Below, piece after piece: positions 54,990 through 64,000 of a stretch of 64,000 nucleotides of DNA. The stretch covers positions 186,001-250,000 of the forward strand of contig MU008154.1 of assembly GCA_010909165.1 (NCBI GenBank), given 5' to 3'. Each line of letters opens with the position of its first letter. Position 1 is the first letter of the stretch. The DNA comes from Anthoceros angustus (lineage: Eukaryota; Plantae; Anthocerotophyta). The position numbers and the translations under genes were made by a program. The notes beneath the pieces are model-generated. The model was not told the origin of the DNA, did not search any database, and saw nothing but the letters and a program-made list of their open reading frames with translations.

Positions 54990-57190
54990 ATGTCGGGTAT
55001 GGGCGATGGTTACGTGGGCACGGCGCAGGACGCTGCCCGCATCCGTCGTCTGGAGAAGCAGCGAGAAGTTGAGCGCAAGCGGATCCAGGAATTGAAGAAA
55101 AAATCTGCAGAAGGGCCGGGTGGTCTGCTGCAGTTTGGTTCGGGCACCTCGGAGGTGAGCTTGTGATATTTTTCAGAGGCACCAGATTAGGTCGTGTGGC
55201 TCAGGGTTAAGCACTGCTTTTGCCCATTGCAGCTTCTGGAGAGTGCGTTCAAGAAAGAGACAGTTGGACTTGTGACTAGGGAGCAATTTGTAGAGAAGGT
55301 ACTTCCACAGCCCAGTCTCTTGCTACGCAGTTACTCATAGGCACGGGTGTCAGGTTTCTAATCTGTGCCCTGGACAGAGGGTAAATCTGCGGAGTAAGAT
55401 TGAGGAGGAGGAGAAAGAGAAGCAACAGAAACTCGCGCAGGAGTATGTGACTCTTGCCTTCCGTCTATCAGTTTATGACCATCTATGAGAAGTGCTGCTC
55501 TTTACGTTTTGGGGCATCACCGTGATAGTGCAAGTGCAGGGAAGAAGAGCGCCATTTACAGAAGCGTAAGAAAAGAAGGGCTAAGGTCCCATCTCGGTTG
55601 TCCTTCGCTGAAGAACTGGATGGAGACACTGATGAGGATGAGAATGGTGCAAATGGTGTGTCAAAACTTTTGGAGTTTTGTCTGGTTTTTTTCCTTTTCC
55701 GTGCCTTGCCAGGGGTAGTAGTGGAGCATCTCTGTGTTGTCGCACATGGGGGAACTCACTCACTTGCTGGCCTGTCGTGGGTTTTTCCCCCTGTTTGTTG
55801 TTTGGAGGGGCCTAACCAGAGTGTGGCACTGCAGAGGACAAGACGAAGAAACAAAAATTAGGGAAGTTTGGGAAAGATCCAGCGGTGGAGACTGGCTTTC
55901 TTCCAGACAGGTGAGGTTCCATATGCTAAATGTTTGATAATATCTTGGTAGGCTTTCTGATGTGTTGGTGAAGTTTGGCAGAGCTTTTCGAGTTGTTTTA
56001 TCTTAATTTTGCATTGTAAGGGAGAGGAGGTGGGTGCTCCAGAGAGCGGGAGGCTGAAGAGCAGGCAGAAAGGGAAAGGCTTCGCAAGCAATGGAACAAC
56101 GAGCAGGAGCGTATAAAGAGTAAGTGTTTCCGGAATTCCCAAAAATAATGTTTCTGGAATCACCGAACTAATGTCAGAACTATGACTTCTATGACTTGGC
56201 ACTATGGCATAGTGCGTTTGGTTTTTCACTTTACAGTGTCACTGTTCCCGGCAGATGAACCCTTGGAGATCACATATAGCTACTGGGATGGTGCCGGCCA
56301 CCGAAGAGTTATTCAGGTTTTGGTGCTGGCTGGTTTTTGAGTCTTGTACCATATCAAGGGAGAAGAGTCCTTGATGGGTCTGAGATGTTGGATGCAGGTT
56401 CGGAAAGGAGACTCTATTGCTGATTTTTTGCGGGCTGTTCAGCAGCAGTTGGCGTCAGAGTTCAGAGAAATTCGGACAGCATCTGTTGAAAACCTCCTGT
56501 ACGTCAAAGAGGATCTGATAATCCCGCATGTAAGTGCCTACAGAACTTCCTAAGTTTGGCCTTGTAGAAGCGTGTCACACTCCTGCTCCAGCTGTCAGAG
56601 TGCACGTTTGATTTGCAAAATGATAAACTGATAACCTTGGATGGTTTCAGCAACATAGTTTCTATGAGCTCATCATCAACAAAGCCAGGGGTAAAAGTGG
56701 ACCGGTGAGGAAATGAGATCCTAGTTTTGATTGTGTTCCAGATGCATCCCAGGCTCTGATGTCTTTTATCTGTTTCCACAGCTTTTCCACTTTGACGTAC
56801 ATGAAGATATCAGAACTATAGCAGATGCAACCATTGAGAAGGATGAAGTACGTGTTCAACAATTTCTTTTCTTCGTAAGCTGAAGCAACTTGTGTTCAGC
56901 CACAGTAGAAGCAGCTTGTTCTTGATTTTCGGGTCCTGGTCCCTTTGTGTTTCAGTCTCATGCAGGAAAGGTGGTGGAGCGGCACTGGTATGAAAAGAAC
57001 AAGCACATATTTCCAGCATCCAGATGGGAGGTGAGTGCTCGTGTTCCTGCTATGTGGAACGGCTATTTGTCTAAATATCAGCCTTCTCGATGCCATGTGG
57101 TAGCTTTGTAATTCACTCATGCCCACTACATCTCCTTAGATTTACGATCCTACCAAAAAATGGGAGCGATATACGATTCATGGCGATTGA
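54990..57190 (+). CDS. XCT: XAP5 / XAP5 CIRCADIAN TIMEKEEPER (FAM50 family), multi-exon
   Basis: [26 protein letters not shown]..; [21 protein letters not shown]; [25 protein letters not shown]; [18 protein letters not shown]; [16 protein letters not shown]. Confidence 0.95.
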
Positions 57191-58239
57191 AACGGTTGAA
57201 ACGGCCATGAGATACCGGATACTGGAGGTGATGATTGTGAGGACGTCACAACTCCATTTGTTTCCTCTCCTCACAAACAATTGGAGCACCATCTTCGGAT
57301 GAATGATTATTATACCTCTGCTACACTGGTTGAACAGGTTAACACTTTGGAAGCTTGATGAACATGCATTACCACGCTTACCGAACTCCAAGAGCCGTGA
57401 TGTTCTCGCAGAGCTTTGGGATGCTCAAACCATCTGAATTTCTACGTCGACACGAGTGGAAACAGTGTAGCCGCAGTGTACACTGTTGGAGACGAATCGT
57501 GTGTCAGCGTCTGTACTGTGAAGATGGACCGTGCTTTGGAGTCTGTATTGAGGGATGAACCAGCCTGTTTCGAGTGTGTATTTGTCGATATGGAGCAGCC
57601 CGTTGCCGGTCCACACTTGTGGCACAAGTCTTGTGCCCTAGCACAACCAGTGAGAGTGAAAGTCAAAGAAGATAGAGTTACTGAAATAAAGCATGGAGGG
57701 GTTGACCCGATAATCGGCCAGCTGGAATTTACGCATTCACGCTCGGCCATGTAAGGAAGAGGCTTGGGAAGGGGGGAAGCGACATGCGCATATCTGCAGG
57801 AATAGCGGAACTTGGCAGGCCAACCCTGACGGTACAGATGCTGGCTGTCGAGGGAGGTGACAGCCACGAGATACGTTCATCATAGGATAGAATTCTGGAG
57901 ACACTTCCCTGACTCCACTCAGGTGTTCCGCGCCGGTCCTGAGAGCGGCGACGCAGCCTCCATCCCATCACCGGCCGCGCCAATGTAGGTACCACTCGCC
58001 TGGGCGACCTGGGGTGCCCACCTCTATCCAACTCCAAACATCTTCGAGCGCGAGATCTTTGTGGAGAACCTCACCGTCTCCTTCAACTCGATCTGTAGCT
58101 CCTTTCATTTCTCCGGCCTCTGGGCGGACATCGCTGTTTATCCAGCTCCAGCTTCGTTTTCCAAGGGAGGCAGTTGGCAAATTGCTGGCGGGCTTTTGTA
58201 TTGGTGCCTGGTGGGCCTGTGTTGATGAGTGCCCCTTCA

Positions 58240-59795
58240 TTAAGAAAGAGAATTTCTCACGTTGCACTCGCATCCAGGGCAATTGTGCAAGCTCTCATGG
58301 ATATAGATATCACAGTCGAAGCAGAAATGCTGTCCACAACGTGGACACGAAAGCCTGACTCCCTCGCTTCCACCACCTGAAACCACACACATAACAGGCC
58401 CCTCATTCATCAACCTCCTGGTCAGGCAGGCAGGCAACGAGCGAAGGAAGAGTTTACGCCTTAGCCCTACCAGGAAGAGGCAGATCCTGCTGGCATCCGA
58501 AACAACTCCTCGACAGCTGCTGCTGCTGCAGCAGCTTGCCGTTCATAACACTGGCTGGGAGTGCAACCTCCTCAAATGGAGGCACCGCGAATAGGTGGTG
58601 GTACGACCTGGCTAAATGCGGAGCCGACACAAGCGTCAGGCCACAAACATTGCATTCTGTCGGCAGCTCACAAATCCGTGCCCTGCAGCGGGGGCAAGTG
58701 TAGCCCCCTCCCACCTTCACTTCCCGATGGCAGGCACAGATGGCCACCAAACCTTCTGATGCTTTCATCGGAAAGCCCATTCTCACCAGACTGGCCACCG
58801 ACGACTTGGCCAGAGCCGGAGGTGGGGGTGCATGCTCCAGAACCAGCTCCCGCATATGCGACTGCAACACCCTATCCAACTCCCCGTCATTCATCCATCC
58901 ATCCAATTGAACATGAAGAAGACCCAATGTTCTGACCTAGTTCAGACGAGCGAAGGAGCAAACGCGAGCAAGGTGAAAGACTGGAAAACCCTACCTCGCT
59001 CGTGGCCACCGAGTACGTCCCGCCGGTGCGCTCGCACAGCAGTTTGCACACGAAGATCTCGGCAGCCAGGCCGACCACAGAGCACCGGATGTTGGCCTCC
59101 TGGCACTTCTTGATGGAGTCCATGATGTCCCCGGGGTCGCAGGTATTGAGCGCAGAGAAGAGTAGCAGCACTTCCCGGTGGCCATAGGTGGGAATATCAC
59201 ACAAGAAACCTCGAGCGCAATCCAGCGCGTTCTGGATGGACGCCTCCCCGGCGCACTCCATGTTGGAGCGCAGACACCTGATGTGCGACTCCGGGCTGCC
59301 GCTCAGATCCGTAAGCCGCTCCGCCACGCCGTCCCTCATCACAATCAACCCCAGATGGCTCAGCGGATTCTGGTCGAAGAACTCCCGCACAAACAACTCC
59401 ACGCAGTTCACGGCCAGTGCCATGCGGCTGGGCCGGAAGTCCGTCTCCGCTGCTGCCTAGTCACATGAGCACAAGCATGAGAGCCATCACGGGCATGCCG
59501 AGCCAGGCCTCACACTTGTGCCACCTACCCGAGAGAAATCCGCCACCACGTAGAGGTAGCGGATGATGCCCCGCTGTACGTGCGGCACAGCGATGGAGTG
59601 CAGCCGCCGCCGCTGCTCCCGCTGCTGCTCCACCACGTCGACCGGCCGCAGCCTGCCGTGCTCATCCTCCTGCAGCGTCTCCCATGATCTCTCATCCGCA
59701 TACGCTCTCTCCCAGGCCTCCCTTGTTCCTCCTGCATCCTCGTCCACCTCCATATCCTCCCCGTCTTCCTCCGGATTCAGCCCCGCCGCCTCCAT
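58240..59795 (-). CDS. GTF2H2: TFIIH subunit p44 (Ssl1/GTF2H2), multi-exon
   Basis: AWERAYADERSWETLQED..QRGIIRYLY; EFFDQNPLSHLG..GSPESHI..SIQNAL..GHREVL..TCDPGDI; MGFP..YTCPRCRARICELPTECNVCGLTLVSAPHLARSYHHLF; CPRCGQHFCFDCDIYIHESLHNCPGCE. Confidence 0.95.
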
Positions 59796-60247
59796 CGCCA
59801 ACCTCTCCTCTCAAGTCCTCCTCCTCGCTCTTGCCCACCTTCCCTGTCGGCCGTCAGCGACAACAACAGCTTCCCTTCTGTCCATGTCCACTTATACCTA
59901 TGTAGTCTGCTTTAACGATGTTCAACACACAAGGGATAACGCCAATATATGCCTCACTTTGTTTACTCATACATACTGCCGAGGAGATCATAGATTTCGT
60001 CGCTTCTTTTTATATGGATGAAATGCATTACGCAGCGGCCGTATCTCGGGGTGCCATGGCGCAGAGCGGTCGAGGCCGCTGTGGTGGTGGTTGTCGGGCA
60101 CCCTTGGGCAAGGGTGGGGTTCCGGGGGCGGGAGCAGGCGTGTCCGGGGGGCCATGGGTCACCCATGGTAATCTGCAATTCACGTTCACACCATCAGCAA
60201 CACATTTCTCCTCGGACGAAGGCACCGCAAAGAACAGTGCGTGTGAG

Positions 60248-61354
60248 CCAAGCTGTTTACCTCGACCTACCGTGCGCTTGTCAAACGGCTGCCTACAGAT
60301 TTGAAGGAAGTAGAGGAAGTCAACAAGCAGCTCGACACAATGTACGCAAGGCAGTGGCAGAAAGGTTGGAACTTCGATGGAGGAGTTAGGGTTCTGAGTT
60401 TCTTTTGATGTCTCCAGGGGCTACAACATTGGGATTGGGCTCGTAGACGACTTTCAAGTGAAAGCTATTATCTCCAGGCGTACAGACTTCAAGGAGACAG
60501 CAGAGGTCATTGCTGAGGTTGATGCTTGCCCAAAATGTGCGGAGTGTGATACTGATTGATTTTTTTGACCCTACTGGTTGCATCTTCTTTTACCGGGCAT
60601 GCATTTTGCAGTGTCAGTTGTGATAATTCATTTCCCTTTCTGCGTGTGAGAGCAGAGGGGCTTTGATGGTTCCATCTCGGTCTGTGAGGGATTGCTCTTG
60701 ATGACCATCTGGTTTGCATCTGCAGATCTGCTTGAAGACGCTCCTGGGTGTTGCAGGCACAATCAGCAACTGGAACGCTGAGAACACAGAGTGCAGCTTT
60801 ATTTTGGACGACAATCCCCTGGTCGACTGTGTTGAGTTGCCTGAACCATGCCAGGGGCTCTATTACTGCAATGTCTTGTGCGGTGTGATAAAAGGAGCTC
60901 TCGATATGGTGCGTCTCTAACCTACTTTTTTTCACTTGCTGGAAGTTCGTCTTTGTTTAAAAGAGAGGAATCTGCAAGGGTGCTTGCTTTACTCCATGGA
61001 CAGACTTGTAAGGTCAGCTCCATATTCGACTGCCGACCACACTCAGAGTGAAATAGTCTGAACCTAATCTAGTAGCAGGATAGGTCTTAGGGGTGTTGTC
61101 ATGCTGAGCCAATGGAACTGTTTGGGTTGGTGATTTCTTTTCACGGGAAAATATTTAGGGGAGTTGTATGTCAGTCGTGCCGCAGAGTAGTGCGGCCTCT
61201 GTTCCCTGTGTGGCCCCAGCTTCCTCAGTCTCTCCTCCTCCTCTTTTGGCTAGTATTTTACTCGTTTGCCCATGCTACACTCACACAGTCCCAAGTTCTC
61301 CAGCTGTACATGACTTCGGTGGTTAGGTGTGAAAATGTACGCAGGGGCTTGTAG
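60248..61354 (+). pseudogene. BET3: Degenerate TRAPPC3/Bet3 paralogue
   Basis: AKLFTSTYRALVKRLPTDLKEVEEVNKQLDTM-GYNIGIGLVDDF..DFKETAEVIAE-..ILDDNPLVDCVELPEPCQGLYYCNVLCGVIKGALDM-. There is an in-frame TGA just upstream, no recognisable N-terminus, a shortened C-terminus, and many non-conservative changes. Confidence 0.75.
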
Positions 61355-61504
61355 TGTACACAGGGACTGGCTCCTCAAGCACAAGGCTTCCATGATGTGG
61401 AATGCTCTCCCCACCGTCTGCAGGTTATGGCCCTCATTTGGCCACGACTTCAGGAGCAATGACGCACAATCTAGCGACTGCACACCCGGATTCATGCGTT
61501 TCTA

Positions 61505-62010
61505 GGAATTCGTCGACTTTGACACCATCACGAAGTATATCATATGCTACTTTAGGCCTGCCCTTCCTCACGGCAATATGGAAATACACCTTGTCAGCTG
61601 GAGGATCATCCATGAAACCACTGTCACCTTTATCCAGAACAGCAGCTTCGTCTTTAGACCCTCTATGTCAGAGCATTTCCCTTAAGACAGTATTTCAGTG
61701 ACTTTGGTATTGTATCTCACAATAGATCCATCCTGAAAACCGACCACATGAGACACATTGCCTGCGTTTTTTCCCACCTAGCGCGACCATTTGGCCTAGA
61801 CTTAGGCGCGCAGGACTCCTCGTGCGAGTTCATCAGCGCGACACGTCATCAATAAAACTTGAACTTGATCTCAATGATTCCTGGTATGAAAACAGTTATC
61901 TTCTCTGTAGTTTCCTCAAATGCATAGTTGGTGGCAGTCCGAGGGAAAAGACCATCGAGAGGTCAAAGCTTGGTAGCAACTCTGGCGAGGCTTTCTGAAT
62001 TTCGCCAGCA
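61505..62010 (-). pseudogene. DUF538-family gene remnant
   Basis: GEIQKASPELLPSFDL / GLFPRTATNYAFEETTEKITVFIPG, intron, FQDGSIVRYNTKVTEILS*GKCSDIEGLKTKLLFWIKVT / KVYFHIAVRKGRPKVAYDILRDGVKVDEF. Includes a stop and frameshifts. Confidence 0.7.
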
Positions 62011-63698
62011 ATCACACACAACTTCTCGGCCTCTTGCAATCTAACAACAAAGGGACCGGCCGACTACGTAAAGGGTTCTTGCCCCAGCAGACAACAAGCG
62101 CTATCAAGCAGGAACCTATGGAATACTGATCTCGTTAGGAAGCCCTTTAGGGTTTTTTTTCGATGGTGACAAAAGAAGTTTTCCAGCCGGAAAACTTCTG
62201 GTGTCACACACTTGACGAGATCGGCCGCGGGCGCCTGCCCCTCGTGTCCCGATCTTGTCACTAAGCTTGTGGTGTGTGTGTGAAGATTCTTTTTAGGTTT
62301 TGACACACAAGGTTTTCTTTTTTAGGGCTGTCAGGGCATGGGCCATCGCACATCCATTCGCATGACCCTATCTGCCCGTCAGTTTGCCATAAGGAAACCG
62401 TCACCAGGCCTTTATGGCAGATAGCGTGGAGGAGCCATCGCGCCGAGCGCCATCGCCTTCGCAGCCCATACAGCCTTTGTGGTCGATAGCTGAGGCGCCA
62501 TACGCCTCGCGCGCGCTTTGTGACCATCCGGTGTCGTGCGATTGCATTTGGCAGCTATACAGGCCTCGCGCGATAGCGCACAACATCTTCACACAAGCAG
62601 GCTTTACATTCGACCATAAGAAAGCCACCACTGGGCTCACGTCTCAAAAGGACAGAACACACCGGATCGAGCATGTTCGAGGCTAACATCCGGGGCCACG
62701 CGCGACGGTGAAAGGGAAACACAGTCTTGAACGACTAGCATGCCCACAGTCGGGGGCTTCCACCTGGGCCGAGACATGTCCGATCCGATATATATGTCCA
62801 TGTGTGGTGCAGGAAAACCCTAAACATGAGTATGTGTGTTTGACATAAACCCTAAATGGCAGAAAGAAAAGTGGATGACTGAGATCGGAACACGAGGGGG
62901 CAAGTTCCGAGACAAAAAAACTTTGTGGCGCCTACGGCCGTCCCGATGTGGCGTATGTGATGAAGGAATCTTGAAGATGCAAGCATCTTCATGTAGAATA
63001 CCGTAAGAAAAAACTTGTCACACACACTCGTGGCGGATCGGTATTCCATAGGGCAAGGGCGAGAGTCATGCATAATTGCTTGCATAAGCGCTTTCAAGAT
63101 GACATTCAATGTCAAGTGGCACAACACGACCGGCCTAGGGCTTTTGAAGAGACACACTCCTTTCATCCTATTGAAAAATTCTTGCTTTGCTCTCCAAGTT
63201 CGTGGACATGGATGAAAATGCAATCGAAACAAATTCCATGATCTCTTAACACGGTAGCGTGTTCATCAAATCGGACACGGCAAAGCTAATCGGATGCGCC
63301 CAATCCTCAAGATCTAACCGCGGTGGATCGGCATCAAAGCAAATACAACACATGCAACGAAGGAGCGGATCCCACGGTCCAATCATCCGAGCTGCAAGTT
63401 CTTACATTGATATCATTGGTGAAGGAGTCCATCTCCTTCTTGACTCGATTGCAAACAAAAACTCCCGCCTTCCCAAAGACAAAGATCCATGTACGATCGC
63501 CTTCCACGCCCGGCAATCTAAGATCGAGCGACTTCAAGTGTGAATTCCGGTCCCTAGGATTCTAACACTCGCGGCAACAACGACGATGGCAAAACCCGCG
63601 GCCGAACCGAAAATCGATAGCGAAAGTAGATGCGGTGAAGTTTAATATTCCTAAGCGATGTCGACCACTAAAATAGAACTCAAGGTTGGTCGATCGTA

Positions 63699-63726
63699 CA
63701 TATATATATATATATATATATATATG
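63699..63726. repeat. (TA)n microsatellite
   Basis: Run of ta dinucleotides. Confidence 0.9.
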
Positions 63727-64000
63727 AATCCATCGCATCTCAAAGCGTTGAAATGGATTATAATACTCAAACCCTCTAATTGGGACCCCTATAAATGGGA
63801 ACCCTTTAAATGGGGCCTTGGGTCCCTTGAATGTGCTACACGCTAAATGGGAAACCCATCTAATTTGTAAATGGGAACATGTCTTCCAAACATTCAATGC
63901 AAGTACACCTCTGTAAAAGGGAAAATACATATTTTTAAAAAAAAAAGAAAAATTGAGGAAATCGTCTTATCGAGATTACATATATTCGTACAGAGGATGA

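Noticed and set aside
57300-58230. Overlapping ORFs between XCT and TFIIH p44
   Set aside because: No family recognised and no consistent splice model; may be 3' UTRs, though a small gene is not excluded.
62100-64000. ORFs in the last 2 kb
   Set aside because: No recognisable coding or transposon signature; treated as intergenic.

Overview
Eukaryotic, land-plant nuclear DNA: gene-dense, ~50% GC, short GT-AG introns. A hornwort is the best guess, inferred from a GRP-type DYW:KP PPR gene; a fern or lycophyte is not excluded. Recognisable genes in order: UIM/MINDY-type deubiquitinase exon 1 (-), DUF4598/NOPCHAP1 (+), an unidentified multi-exon gene (-), aprataxin (+), a MATE/DTX transporter (-, split into pieces), organellar ribosomal bL17 (-), a PLS-class PPR-E1-E2-DYW:KP(GRP) editing factor (+), a decayed NAD-IDH gene (x2), polyubiquitin, Ty1/copia remnants (x3), XAP5/XCT, TFIIH p44, a degenerate Bet3 and a degenerate DUF538 gene. 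Two observations stand out. (1) The PPR editing factor has the U-to-C-type deaminase signature and also carries an N-terminal OSB-type PDF ssDNA-binding motif. (2) Roughly 5.5-23 kb and 33-54 kb consist of locally re-copied, same-orientation segments, and 15 of the junctions I could check share an exact 9-bp microhomology. Copies differ mostly by 1-3 nt indels, so an assembly/consensus artifact is more likely than biology. Copy numbers and frameshifts in this window should not be trusted without raw reads.
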